NCBI GenBank assembly: GCA_964510105.1
Contig: CAZEAI010000001.1
Coordinates: 74,693 to 138,692 of the forward strand
Reading direction: 5' to 3'
DNA length: 64,000 nucleotides
DNA from: an uncultured bacterium
GTDB lineage: Bacteria; Latescibacterota; MWCZ01
The notes under the pieces were generated by a model. That model was not told where the DNA came from. It saw only the letters and a list, made by a program, of their open reading frames with translations, and did not search any database. Position numbers and translations under genes: made by a program. The first letter of the stretch is position 1. Each line of letters starts with the position of its first letter. Below, piece after piece: positions 48,401 through 58,036 of the stretch.

Positions 48401-48729
48401 GGCTGCGCTGGGCGGACTACTGGCGCACCGACGCTCGCGCAAGCAAGACGTTCGCGCTGGAAGACATTACGATCACGGTCTACGCCGACGTGTGGAACGT
48501 GCTGGATCGCAAGACATTCAACATCGGCGCGGTCGATGCGGACGAATACGTACGGACCATCGTCATGGAGGGCGGCGATAGCCCCCGGCACCGCATCGGC
48601 GATCTCGACTTCAACGTGGAGGGCGTAGGCGCCAGGACGATCGTCGACCGTCGCCTCGTCCGCGAGAACGATTGGCTGCTCTATCTCTACCCACGCGAAT
48701 TCCGATTCGGCGTGCGACTGAACCTCTGA
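45481..48729 (+). CDS. TonB-dependent-receptor-like outer-membrane protein with an N-terminal CarboxypepD_reg domain
   Basis: Signal peptide at MRRTVILACAAIVAAAAPVAGA; carboxypeptidase-regulatory-like beta-sandwich (SDGRYFILCVPPGSYSI); plug-like segment; long barrel with a C-terminal aromatic-rich end. Confidence 0.6.
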   Translation: MRRTVILACAAIVAAAAPVAGAPVGKVAGRVATVGGEVLPGAAVSIGGVRLGAVTDSDGRYFILCVPPGSYSITAYVAGRRPIRMSDVRVDAARTTRLDFSLPLAGIEIEAQTIAVPPPLVTPEAADTRISVNRDDLADQPAERYIDVLDARAGLSVASERVLVIRGPREQATNFRVDDQRLWNPLDERSYTAVNEGLVEQIQVLTGAFEASYQGSGGTIGAVTRDPARMSALGGNIRYTPPRRQHFGPNAYGNDQYDRLLYANDGMSTNGRLFNAMEGTPGRWTDRVNSNLPVYAVQLGAHAPDGEPVFVGWDSVTTLVNDGAWALGDSLIDKHRGNWTSDALQRVWEHRHREWDYEDAGDLEFDITVSAPVYIVPETRFALAYHQERSALPVPTVEQLFTDRLAEARIHSTVVPRVAIDAYGRFEYIVTTANGVSGRAGPGEVPNGVEWYAGGPVALGGMGGIVSSLNKYNLWSNERYVEQVWGGGARVLHAVGDAVYYQLAGEFLRGETEARPGAKRGTNNNAHHTDANFDLLQLPNGDTVFLDESPWGFDPGSYAGLDVAGAYYLSGGGLVSDFSDWQTTGLHAEVYAQLAPSHGVALGASYEFGRLHRDSRSADRATGANARYTEYEAEPRELALYAQDRVELDDLVANVGVRVESFDPGSQRYFPGQAFPDAYAPGGLAGFGEDAGVTHVDPAPGDGRDALAYINGPLDDDPAWQYAQALLGELPQTEAPNAWRISPRIAVSHALGVRGRVYIGAGKYRRAASTGARYGFVEADGRLGSEHGWIASAGNPELPPSTTTIYEAGAERSLTNRSAIRVRAYSAWESGLPSRVDRVSQAPSPASGGPGYADVGFSTSEPIGYREHRGVETEFEHLGANWLRGFATLDIRDERVGRTDGLVSYGGFDSEPAAGGIAYEESDVSVDAAVNLILATPRAWGPVIGGWELAVQQWYERGREVAYRFDDGLSDPVRLRWADYWRTDARASKTFALEDITITVYADVWNVLDRKTFNIGAVDADEYVRTIVMEGGDSPRHRIGDLDFNVEGVGARTIVDRRLVRENDWLLYLYPREFRFGVRLNL

Positions 48730-48740
48730 GGCCCGTACTC

Positions 48741-51101
48741 GTGAGCCCTAATCGAATACGCACATCCTCGCTAGTGTGGACGATCTTCGCGCTGGCAGGC
48801 GTACCCTGGCAGGCTGCGTCGGCGCGGGGACACGCTCCCGCATTCCCGGAGTGGCGCCCGGAGGCGACAGGCTGGACGACCGCCTCCGGCGCCGCCCTCG
48901 TGAGAACAGACGGCACCGCGGAACCGGTCCGTGCGTTCGACGCGGCGACCTTCCTTCGTATCGGCAGGCTGTGGCACACGCTGACACCATCGGGCGCATC
49001 ACGCACGGACGTATCGTGGACGTGGCCCGGAGGCGCGGCGCGACCGCAGTTCGCCGGTAACCCGTCGGAACGCTACGGCTCGACGGCGCTACGGCAGGGC
49101 TGGGTCCTCGGCGCGCGGAACTGGCAGGCGAGTTCTCCCGCCGGACAACTGGCGTTCAGCTACATCACGGCGGAGTCCTTCGCATTTGTCGCCGAGGGAG
49201 GCACCCGTGAATTCGAAGGTGACCCAACCGAGATCAGCGAGTACGCCGGTCTGGAGAACGCGCAGGTGCAGCGCTGGCTCCCCCCGCAAGTCATCGTGAA
49301 CGGCGTGCGACTGAACGGCGACACCGATACGTATGGCGACGCGCCTGAATCCCCCGCCATGGGGGATGGGAACGCGAATTTCGGTCGCGTGCGCGGAGTC
49401 ATCGACCCCGGGCTGGTGAGCGAGCGCATGGTGTTCACGGCGTGGCGCTCCGTGCTGGGTGTGGACGTGTTCCAGCAAGCACACGCCTACTCCGCCGGAA
49501 ACGATCGCGACTACCTGCTGTACGACATCCACCTCGCCAACACCGGAAATGTGGACCTCGACGCGTCCGGGGAGCGAACCGGCATCCTGGACGATTTCCG
49601 CTACGCGTTCGCGTTCACCGCGGACGTCAGCCGCATGGGCGACGCCTTCGATGGCGGCGGGGACGATGTCGTGGAGTTCACGGACCCGTGGCCCGGATAC
49701 ACGAACGGCGACGGCGCGAGCAAGACATTCGCCCTGGCGTATGACGGAGACAATCCCGGTCACGCGGGGCCCGACTGGGGAGCTCCCGGCCCGGCGGCTC
49801 CCGACGGAGTAGATGCGGGCGTCGCGCCTCGACTCTGGGCGCCGGCAGCGGTCATGACGGGGTGGCTATTTGCCGAATCCGCACCGGGTAGCGGACAGGA
49901 CGATCCCGCTCAGCCGAGATCGACTATGTGGGCGTCGGACGACAACTACAGCATCGTCGGACTGTCCGGCGACGTGCGCGACCAGTATGGCCGCATATTC
50001 GCCGGTGCGGACTACGATCCGGCATTCACCACTGCGGCGGACACTGCGACGTACCGCCTTCCGATATCCGTCGATCAGGCGTCGATGGGTCTGCCGCGAT
50101 TCCGCACATCCGTCTACCAGACGCTCGCGTACGATGAGGTCCCACACGGTGGCACGCTCCATGGCGTCCTCGCCGTGGCGGTTGGAGGCGTGAGCGATTC
50201 GCTGAGTCGCGCAATAGCGACCAACGTCCGTCAAAGGACCGCCGACCCCGGCGTAGCAGCGCCGGGCCGCATGACAGTCGATGAGATTGCGCTCGTGCGG
50301 TCGAATCGCGACTCGGCTCTGAAGTCGGCCGATCGAGCCTATTGGGCGGTGTACGGTGTCGATCCGGAAGGGCGTTGGGGCTGGCCGGACCGGCCGTCTG
50401 AACGAGACATCGCGTTCAATGTGCCCGACGCGCCGAAACCGCCCGCGTGCGTCTGGATCACCAGCGTCCGCGACGGAATCGAGGTCGCGTGGACGAGCGA
50501 CTCAGAGGCGCTGCCCGATCACGACACCGGGACGTTCGACTTCGCCGGATATCGCATCTACCGTACAGCCAACGCCGCCGACGGCACACGCACGCTGGTC
50601 GCGGAGATCGGCCCGGGCACTTACTCGTGGACCGACGAAGACGTGATCGCCGGCGCGGAGTACTACTACGCCGTGACGACGTTCGACGACGGGAGCGCGA
50701 ACTGGGAGACTCCGGGCGACCCGCTTGAGTGCGGGCCGTATTGGGCGTGGTCGGGCTGGCGCGACATGGGAGTTCGCTCACAGGGCCGGGCGGCCACGTC
50801 AGCGGCGGAGCTGGACGCTATTCGCGTTGTGCCCAATCCGTATCACGTCCATGCAGTGCAGCCCGCGGATGCGCCGGACGACGAGATCATGTTCATCCGG
50901 CTTCCGGCCACCTGCACCGTGAGGGTGTACACCGCCGCCGGGAGACCCGTCCACGAGCTGCATCACGCATCGGAGAGCAACGGCACGCTGTCATGGGACC
51001 TGCGCACAGCGGCCAACAGACGCATCGCCACAGGCGTCTACGTCTACACCGTCGAGAGCGCCATCGGCACTCGCGTCGGGAAGTTCATCGTCGTGCAGTA
51101 G
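48741..51101 (+). CDS. Large secreted protein with an FN3-like domain and a T9SS-type C-terminal sorting domain
   Basis: GTG start at 48741 with a signal-like LVWTIFALAGVPWQAASA; FN3-like block (YRIYRTANAADGTRTLVAEIGPGTYSWTDEDVIAGAEYYYAV); C-terminus VVPNPY...VRVYTAAGRPV...ATGVYVYTVE...GKFIVVQ matches the T9SS CTD consensus. Confidence 0.5.
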   Translation: MSPNRIRTSSLVWTIFALAGVPWQAASARGHAPAFPEWRPEATGWTTASGAALVRTDGTAEPVRAFDAATFLRIGRLWHTLTPSGASRTDVSWTWPGGAARPQFAGNPSERYGSTALRQGWVLGARNWQASSPAGQLAFSYITAESFAFVAEGGTREFEGDPTEISEYAGLENAQVQRWLPPQVIVNGVRLNGDTDTYGDAPESPAMGDGNANFGRVRGVIDPGLVSERMVFTAWRSVLGVDVFQQAHAYSAGNDRDYLLYDIHLANTGNVDLDASGERTGILDDFRYAFAFTADVSRMGDAFDGGGDDVVEFTDPWPGYTNGDGASKTFALAYDGDNPGHAGPDWGAPGPAAPDGVDAGVAPRLWAPAAVMTGWLFAESAPGSGQDDPAQPRSTMWASDDNYSIVGLSGDVRDQYGRIFAGADYDPAFTTAADTATYRLPISVDQASMGLPRFRTSVYQTLAYDEVPHGGTLHGVLAVAVGGVSDSLSRAIATNVRQRTADPGVAAPGRMTVDEIALVRSNRDSALKSADRAYWAVYGVDPEGRWGWPDRPSERDIAFNVPDAPKPPACVWITSVRDGIEVAWTSDSEALPDHDTGTFDFAGYRIYRTANAADGTRTLVAEIGPGTYSWTDEDVIAGAEYYYAVTTFDDGSANWETPGDPLECGPYWAWSGWRDMGVRSQGRAATSAAELDAIRVVPNPYHVHAVQPADAPDDEIMFIRLPATCTVRVYTAAGRPVHELHHASESNGTLSWDLRTAANRRIATGVYVYTVESAIGTRVGKFIVVQ

Positions 51102-51104
51102 CCG

Positions 51105-52085
51105 CTAGTCGCGGCCGTCCGATTCAAGATTGAGCCACGCGCACTCGGCGTCGCTGAGCTTGATCGACAACGCGGCATCGTTCGCGACAAGCTCGTCGCG
51201 GTTCGCCGCACCGACGATTGGATACGTGTTCATCGAACCCGCCAGCACGTATGCCATCGCCATCTGCGGGACGGTACAACCACGTTCGCCCGCAAGCTCC
51301 TCCACACGGTCGAGTCGTTCGACGTTGGACTCGTGGAGGTACGCGCGCGTCGCCGCGCCGTCGAGCAGATCCGCCTTCGACTCCAGGTCCGCCCGCCCGA
51401 AGCGTCCCGAGAAAAACCCGCGTCCGAGGCTGGACCAAGCAAGCACCGGGAGGCCGTCATCCGCATACCACGCACGCGCTTCGGCGTTCTCCGGGCCGCT
51501 GAGCGTTACGCTGCCGCTGTTGGCTCCCCACGGGTCCTCCACCTGTTCGGCGAGGCCGTAGTTCGGGCTACTGGCGGCGAATGGCGCTCGGCCATTGGCG
51601 AGTGCGTAGTCGTTGGCCGCCTGAACCCGAACATGCGTCCAGTTCGACCCGCCGTACGACGCGATTCGCCCTGCCTGCAAGTGCTCCCACAGCGCATCCA
51701 CGATCTCGCCGACCGGCACGTCGGGATCGTCGCGATGCAGCAGGTAGATGTCTATACTATCGGTCTGCAGCCGCGCGAGGGAATCCAGCAGGTCCGCGCC
51801 GATGTCGTAAGGCGTCACGCGCTTACGGTCGCCGTTGGGATGCGCGCCTTTCGACTCAACGACGACACTGTCGCGGACGCCGCGATCGCGCATCCAGTCG
51901 CCGATGCACCGCTCCGAATCGCCTCCCGCGTACACATGCGCCGTATCCAGCGCGGTGAATCCCAGCTCCAGCGCGTCGTCCAGGAGGCGATAGCTGCGCT
52001 CGCGCTCCTCAGTGGTGACGATCATCGTGCCGAGCATCAGACGCGCGACAGGGATGCGAACCCCTTCGATGGTACCGTAGATCAT
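51105..52085 (-). CDS. Aldo/keto reductase
   Basis: LDTAHVYAGG, SIDIYLLHRDD and the C-terminal AKR signature. Confidence 0.8.
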   Translation of the reverse strand: MIYGTIEGVRIPVARLMLGTMIVTTEERERSYRLLDDALELGFTALDTAHVYAGGDSERCIGDWMRDRGVRDSVVVESKGAHPNGDRKRVTPYDIGADLLDSLARLQTDSIDIYLLHRDDPDVPVGEIVDALWEHLQAGRIASYGGSNWTHVRVQAANDYALANGRAPFAASSPNYGLAEQVEDPWGANSGSVTLSGPENAEARAWYADDGLPVLAWSSLGRGFFSGRFGRADLESKADLLDGAATRAYLHESNVERLDRVEELAGERGCTVPQMAMAYVLAGSMNTYPIVGAANRDELVANDAALSIKLSDAECAWLNLESDGRD

Positions 52086-52095
52086 GCTCCTGCCC

Positions 52096-53079
52096 CTATT
52101 CGAACGGGTATTCGAGGTTCCACTGGGCGCGGACCCAGTCGAGTGTCTTCATAATCGACAGCGTCTCGTCGAGCGGCAGGACATCGCTTTCCGGCTTTCC
52201 CGCGCGGAGGCATGTGCCTACTTCTTCCGCCTCGTGCGTGTAGCCGTTGCCCTTGAACGGAATGTCGAGCGTCTCTTCCTTGTCGCCGCGAACGACGGTG
52301 AGCTTCTCCGAGTGCCAGAACGCGTGATGGACGGTGATATATCCTTCGGTGCCGAAAATCTGCGCGACGTGGGGCGTCGTCGTCCTGGTGGCGCACGTGA
52401 GCAGCGCCATGCGATCGCCGCCGTAGCTCATGACCATCCCGGCCTGTTCGTCGACACCGGTCTGCCCGAAATCGGCCAGAGAGACGACGTTCAGAGGAGC
52501 GTTCTTCATGATCATCCGGGCGAACGAGATGACGTAGATGCCGATGTCGAGCAGGCCGCCACCACCGAGTTCCGGCTTGAACAGGCGACTCTCAGAGTCG
52601 AAACCGGCGCGGAAGCAGAAGTCCGCCTTCACCATCTTGACGTCGCCGATCTCGCCCGCGTCGATGATCTCGCGCACCTTCACGATTGCGGGGATGAATC
52701 GCGTCCACATCGCCTCGAGGAGGAACAGCTTCTTCATCCGCGCGAACTCGATGACCTCGCGCGCTTCGTTGGCGTTCACAGTGAACGGCTTCTCACAGAG
52801 CACGGCCTTGCCGCCCTCCAGACACGTGATCGCGTCGCGCTTGTGCATGGGATGCGGCGTCGCAACGTAGATGGCGTCCACCTCCGGATCGCCCGCCAGC
52901 GCTTCGTACGACGCGTGGCAGTTCGGCACGTCGAACTCGTTGCCGAATGCGTCGGCCGCTTCCTGCGTCCGCGATCCGACGGATACCAGCTTCGCGTCGT
53001 CGGCATCGACGAGTCCGCGCGCAAACTGCTTCGCGATATTCCCCGTGCTCAGGATTCCCCACCGTATCGTATCGGGCAT
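52096..53079 (-). CDS. Gfo/Idh/MocA-family oxidoreductase
   Basis: IRWGILSTGNIA Rossmann start and CEKPF motif; 10-bp gap to the AKR gene (operon). Confidence 0.8.
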   Translation of the reverse strand: MPDTIRWGILSTGNIAKQFARGLVDADDAKLVSVGSRTQEAADAFGNEFDVPNCHASYEALAGDPEVDAIYVATPHPMHKRDAITCLEGGKAVLCEKPFTVNANEAREVIEFARMKKLFLLEAMWTRFIPAIVKVREIIDAGEIGDVKMVKADFCFRAGFDSESRLFKPELGGGGLLDIGIYVISFARMIMKNAPLNVVSLADFGQTGVDEQAGMVMSYGGDRMALLTCATRTTTPHVAQIFGTEGYITVHHAFWHSEKLTVVRGDKEETLDIPFKGNGYTHEAEEVGTCLRAGKPESDVLPLDETLSIMKTLDWVRAQWNLEYPFE

Positions 53080-53267
53080 AACGGTTCTCCTCGATATTCA
53101 GTTGTCACCGGGTTCCCAAAATGGAACTGTGAAGTTCGCCGGAGCCGAGTACCGGGGCAATGGTGTGCGCTGCACAGCAGGGCAACGGTGTGTTGACCCG
53201 CACGTCGGCGCTCGGCATCATCACAGCATCCTGAGACGCTCGACATGCCTCGATTGGAGTCCGCCCG

Positions 53268-56000
53268 ATGCGCTCGTTCGCCAACATCCCGACTCTCGTC
53301 GTCCTGTGCAATCTCTTCTCGTGCGCCACCGTGCTGGAGGCACCCGCCGTGAACGCCCCCATTCAGACCACCCACCCGCTCATGCCGGGCATTCGTTCGG
53401 CGGAGATCGCGAAGGCCGACTGGCCGCGAACGCTCCACGACAAGCAACTCACCGGGTTCTCGCCGCTCACGCTCGGGATGGACGAAACGCCGGAAATCTG
53501 GCAGACGATCGACGTGGGCGGAACGTTCGGGTGGGCGGAAACCGTCGCGCGCGCCGACGGAAGCTCCGCGCTACTCGTCGACGACGGACGGCTGACGCTC
53601 TACGACTTCGGAGACGGGCACATCGTATGGCGGGCGGAGGCATCGGGCAGTCTCGTCCATTTCGGCGACATACGCGGAGCAGGACGCTTCGAGGGACTCT
53701 TCACCAGCGGCAACGAGATGTTCCTCGTCGACGGCGCGACGGGCGAGGTGACATGGCGCCACGCATACGATCCGCCGCACGTCCACCTGCGCGCGCGGGT
53801 CGCGGACGTGCTGCCCGACGAACCGGGCCTGGAGGTCGCGGTATTCGAGCAATATGGCGACTCCGGCCGGCTGCTGGCATTCCCGGCAGAAGGCGCGCCG
53901 CGGGAGGTGTGGCGCCGCGTCGTCATCACGAACGACGAGTGGCCCGTCCGCGCCGACCACGGATGCGACGTCGAGTTCGACTTCTCGAACCCCGATCGGC
54001 CGCTGATCTGGTATGTGCGCCACCACCGCTGCCAGTCGTTCGACGCCCGCACCGGAGAGGAGACGGGGCGGCTGCTGTATGAGCTTGGCGGCGGAATCCG
54101 TCGCAACTACGGGCCGTGGCGCATCGCGACCGGCGCGGACGGCCTGCGGTACATCGTCGTCGTGAGCGAGATGGTGCAAACGCACGTGCACGCGATCCGC
54201 ATGCACCCGGACGGCACGCCGGAACTCGCGTGGGAGCGATACTACGGCGAGGTGTACGTCGTGCCGGGCGTCGCGACGAAACTCATCGCCGTCGCGGACG
54301 TAGATGGCGACGGCGCCGACGAAGTCGTATACAACGCCCGCGACCCCGAGAACGACTTCCGCGCGTTCGTCCGCGTGCGCGACGTGGCCACGGGCGAGGT
54401 GAAGCACGTACTGGCCGACCACTGGTGCTCCGGCCACGCGCCGGACGTCGGCCCGGCCAGACGGCACGTGTTCTACGTGCATCCCGCCCCCAACGGCGCG
54501 ACTCCGGAACAGGGGCCGCTTGCGCTTGTGGCGTTCACGCCGGACGGCGTCGATACGTTGCGCTCGTTCGCGTTTGCCCGACCGTGGGGGGTCACGACGA
54601 CCCCCGGCGCGAGTGGGAACGACCTGCTCGTCCGGACTATCGACGGGAGTGAGCCGGGCCTGCTCCGGTTGGCGGGCGACGATCTGCGCACACTCGAACG
54701 GCGGAGCGACGGCTCGCTGCTCAACTCACCAATCGCGGCGCTGGCCTCGAGCGACGACGAACCGCGCGCGGCGACTAGCACGAAGCTCTGCACCTGGTCG
54801 GGCGACGCCATTCGCGACCTGGATCTCGCGGGAGGACCGGCTCCGACTCTGAGCGCGGCGGACCTCGACGGCGACGGCTCAGCCGAACTCGTCGCGCATG
54901 TGCCAAGCGACGAGTTCCGCGTCTGGAGCCTCGGTGACAGCGAAGCGCGCGAGGCATTGTCCGGGCAGTTCCTCGGCGAGACCTCCCGCTACAGCCCGCT
55001 GCTCTACGACGTTGATGGCGACGGGCAGCTTGAGATCATCGTGCCGGGCAGCACCAAGCGCGGCGAGCTGGCGGTCCGGGCAACTCGCGCTGACGGTGAG
55101 TTGCTTTGGGAGTCCATCCTGCCGCACTCCACCACGGACGATGGCGGGAAGGCTGTCGCGTGGAATGCGGGCGAGTTCCTGCGAGCGCCTGACGGCGCTC
55201 GGGCGGGAGTCGCGATCACTGTGTACAGCACGCGCAGGACGATGGAAGGCACGTTCATGCTCGACGGCGCGACGGGCGAAGTGCTCTGGTACCGCGACCT
55301 CTACCGCGACGGCGGGAACATTCGCGGCTACCGGCCGGTGGGAATCCCCGGCGCATTCGACTGGGACGGCGACGGCGCCGAGGAGATCGCGTGGGACATG
55401 TACAGCTACATGGCGTTCCTGCGCGGCGACGGCGAGTTCTCGGCGATCTTCGGCGGCCCGAACGTGAACTCCGACGACCCCGTGCCCGCGATCCTGCTCT
55501 ACGACGGCTTCACGCCCATCTACCGTGACGCCGACGCCGAACGTCCGCACTGGTTCGTGCACCACGGACACGGACGCTTCGGTCTCGTCGGACCGGACCC
55601 GCGCGAGGGCATATGGTGGGAAGACCACGGCTACGACACACCTGACCGCATCGGCTTCATCGACGTTGACGGAGACGGCGTGATGGAGGTCGGCTACGCG
55701 ATCCGCAACAGCACCACGTTCCTGTGCCGCGACCTCTGGACGGGCGACGTGAAGTGGGAGATCGAACTGCCCTCCGCGCCATCCGGGCCCGTCATCACCG
55801 CCGACGTGGACGGAGACGGGCGTGGCGAGTTCCTCGTCGACAGGTGGTGCATCGGCACGAACGCCGACGGTGTCGGCGAGGTGCGGTGGGGGTCGCCGGT
55901 GGCGTTTGGCTGGGCCGTCATCGCGGACTTCGACGGCGACGGCGTCGGGGAGATCGCGTGTCCCGGTCAGGGCCGGATCACCGTGCTGAAGGGGCGGTAG
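53268..56000 (+). CDS. FG-GAP/VCBS-repeat beta-propeller secreted protein
   Basis: Signal peptide; many DxDGDGxxE Ca-binding-like repeats (DVDGDGADEVV, DLDGDGSAELV, DVDGDGQLEII, DWDGDGAEEIA, DVDGDGVMEV, DVDGDGRGEF, DFDGDGVGEI). Confidence 0.6.
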   Translation: MRSFANIPTLVVLCNLFSCATVLEAPAVNAPIQTTHPLMPGIRSAEIAKADWPRTLHDKQLTGFSPLTLGMDETPEIWQTIDVGGTFGWAETVARADGSSALLVDDGRLTLYDFGDGHIVWRAEASGSLVHFGDIRGAGRFEGLFTSGNEMFLVDGATGEVTWRHAYDPPHVHLRARVADVLPDEPGLEVAVFEQYGDSGRLLAFPAEGAPREVWRRVVITNDEWPVRADHGCDVEFDFSNPDRPLIWYVRHHRCQSFDARTGEETGRLLYELGGGIRRNYGPWRIATGADGLRYIVVVSEMVQTHVHAIRMHPDGTPELAWERYYGEVYVVPGVATKLIAVADVDGDGADEVVYNARDPENDFRAFVRVRDVATGEVKHVLADHWCSGHAPDVGPARRHVFYVHPAPNGATPEQGPLALVAFTPDGVDTLRSFAFARPWGVTTTPGASGNDLLVRTIDGSEPGLLRLAGDDLRTLERRSDGSLLNSPIAALASSDDEPRAATSTKLCTWSGDAIRDLDLAGGPAPTLSAADLDGDGSAELVAHVPSDEFRVWSLGDSEAREALSGQFLGETSRYSPLLYDVDGDGQLEIIVPGSTKRGELAVRATRADGELLWESILPHSTTDDGGKAVAWNAGEFLRAPDGARAGVAITVYSTRRTMEGTFMLDGATGEVLWYRDLYRDGGNIRGYRPVGIPGAFDWDGDGAEEIAWDMYSYMAFLRGDGEFSAIFGGPNVNSDDPVPAILLYDGFTPIYRDADAERPHWFVHHGHGRFGLVGPDPREGIWWEDHGYDTPDRIGFIDVDGDGVMEVGYAIRNSTTFLCRDLWTGDVKWEIELPSAPSGPVITADVDGDGRGEFLVDRWCIGTNADGVGEVRWGSPVAFGWAVIADFDGDGVGEIACPGQGRITVLKGR

Positions 56001-56131
56001 CGGCGGACGTCGAGGTCACCCGTACGCGATCTTCCCGTGATTTGCGGGGAGCCGCGGCAGACGTGATCGGTACGTGACGAGGAAGTGGCGAAGCTCGCCG
56101 AGGACCTACCACCAAACACCTCCTAAGCGAG

Positions 56132-56920
56132 GTGCGAGAGGGAGGTGTGACCATGTCGGATCGAACGGGTCGACCCGCGAGCCCACCTGAGTGGCGTCCA
56201 CGCATTGGAACGGACGGGGGTGTACGAAGTAGTTCCGCGACGGCGTTCTACCTGATGAGTCTATGTGCCGGCGTCGCGTTGTCAGCGGCATGCGCGCAGG
56301 GCGAGATCGCATCGGAGCGACAGCATGAAACCATCACACTGCCCCAACCGCGGTACGACAGCGACACTTCGGTCGAACAGGCGTTCGTCGGGCGGCGGTC
56401 AGTCAGAGGCTACACGGACGAACCGCTCACGCTCGCGGAAGTCTCTCAACTTCTCTGGTCTGCACAGGGAATCACCGACGAGCGCGGATACAGGGCGGCC
56501 CCCTCAGCCGGAGCGTTGTACCCGCTGGAGCTCTACGTCGTCGCGGGAGACGTTGCCGATCTGGCAGCAGGCATCTACAAGTACCGCCCTTCCGAACATG
56601 ATCTGATATGGGTTGCGGAGGGCGATCGCCGGGGCGAGCTATCCGCTGCGGCTCTTAACCAGGCTTGCGTGCGAAACGCGGCAGCGGTGATCGCATTCGC
56701 CGCGGTGTACGAACGAACCGCCAGGAAGTACGGAGATCGCGGTTCGCGGTACGTCCATATAGAAGTCGGTCACGCGGCGCAGAACGTGTTCCTGCAGGCA
56801 GTGGCGCTGGGCCTTGGCGCCGTGGTCGTCGGTGCGTTCGACGACGACGGTGTGGAACGGGTCGTGGATATGCAGGCGGGCGAACGCGCCGTATACCTCA
56901 TGCCCGTCGGCAGGAAGTAA
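56132..56920 (+). CDS. SagB-type dehydrogenase-domain (nitroreductase-fold) lipoprotein
   Basis: Lipobox LMSLCAG; SQLLWSAQGIT...RAAPSAGALYPLELYVV matches the SagB/ThcOx-type domain consensus. Confidence 0.6.
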   Translation: MREGGVTMSDRTGRPASPPEWRPRIGTDGGVRSSSATAFYLMSLCAGVALSAACAQGEIASERQHETITLPQPRYDSDTSVEQAFVGRRSVRGYTDEPLTLAEVSQLLWSAQGITDERGYRAAPSAGALYPLELYVVAGDVADLAAGIYKYRPSEHDLIWVAEGDRRGELSAAALNQACVRNAAAVIAFAAVYERTARKYGDRGSRYVHIEVGHAAQNVFLQAVALGLGAVVVGAFDDDGVERVVDMQAGERAVYLMPVGRK

Positions 56921-56956
56921 CGCCGCCGCAGGCCGTTCATTCTGTCGGAGGTACCG

Positions 56957-57850
56957 TCAGCGCGCCCCACCCTTCCGCTGAGCAAAGAGCCATGGCAGCA
57001 CATCCGGATCGTCGAAGACGAGCGGCATGCACGCGTGCCCAATGCCCGCGAACTCCGTGTAGCGCGGTGAGCCACCGGCTGCCCGCATCGCGGTGACCAT
57101 ATCCCGGCTGTACCGCGCCGGAACGCCTTCGTCCAGTTCGCCGTGGAATGCCCATACCGGGATGTGCGCGAGCAACTCGGCAAAGCTCGGGCTTGCGAAG
57201 CCGCAGACCGGCATCACCGCGGCGAACAGGTCCGGGTGCGCACTCGCGAGGTACCACGAGCCGGCCCCACCCATGGACTGTCCGGTGAGGTAGATGCGAT
57301 CCTCGTCGACCGACCACCGCCGCACCACGTCTTGGATGAGCGCGATGACCGGCTTGTCGATGGGAACGCCCATGGACCGGCCCCCTCGGGCACGACGATG
57401 CCACTCAGCCATCGTGCTGTCGTCGAGTGCATACCCCCAGCTTCGATCAGGCGGCGTCTGCGGCGCGAGCAGGAAACTCGGGTAGCGCGTTCTCAACACC
57501 GGTTCGGAGAGCACCTGCGCCGCCCGATTGGCGCCGATATTCCTCACGTTGTTGATTCCGCGCCCGGAGCGGCCATGCAGACACACAACGAGGGGGTACC
57601 AGCGGTCGGGGTCGTAGTCCTCGGGCGGAAGGAACCGGTAGAGGATGCTGTCTCCCGACTCCGCGACATAGGTGCCCGCATCGAACCGTTCGGCGATCTC
57701 CGCCGCGTTGTCTTTGCCTTCCCGGATGCGGCGGATCGTCTCCGCCTGCAGGTCCGATGCCTCTTCGCCCGACGTGTCGTCGCCCGACGCATCGACGACC
57801 ATCGCGCAGACCACCATCGCGATTCCCAGCCCCACTAGCGTTCCGATCAT
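56957..57850 (-). CDS. Alpha/beta-hydrolase (esterase) with N-terminal TM/signal anchor
   Basis: GQSMGG nucleophile elbow; C-terminal Asp/His (FHGELDEGVP ... GIGHA); start trimmed to MIGTLVGLGIAMVV at 57850. Confidence 0.65.
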   Translation of the reverse strand: MIGTLVGLGIAMVVCAMVVDASGDDTSGEEASDLQAETIRRIREGKDNAAEIAERFDAGTYVAESGDSILYRFLPPEDYDPDRWYPLVVCLHGRSGRGINNVRNIGANRAAQVLSEPVLRTRYPSFLLAPQTPPDRSWGYALDDSTMAEWHRRARGGRSMGVPIDKPVIALIQDVVRRWSVDEDRIYLTGQSMGGAGSWYLASAHPDLFAAVMPVCGFASPSFAELLAHIPVWAFHGELDEGVPARYSRDMVTAMRAAGGSPRYTEFAGIGHACMPLVFDDPDVLPWLFAQRKGGAR

Positions 57851-58036
57851 GGTCCGCTCTCCTATCCGCCTGAACACTTCGGCGTCACTGCCGACGCAAC
57901 TTCCGTCCGTATGACATGGAATCACGGCCTGGTCGGCATCGGCGTGCGTCCCGCCCGATTCGCGGCTTGTGTCCTGCTCTACATTCACTAGGTTCCTGCT
58001 TTCGGCGAGGAATCACAACGGGCGGATGAAACCGGT

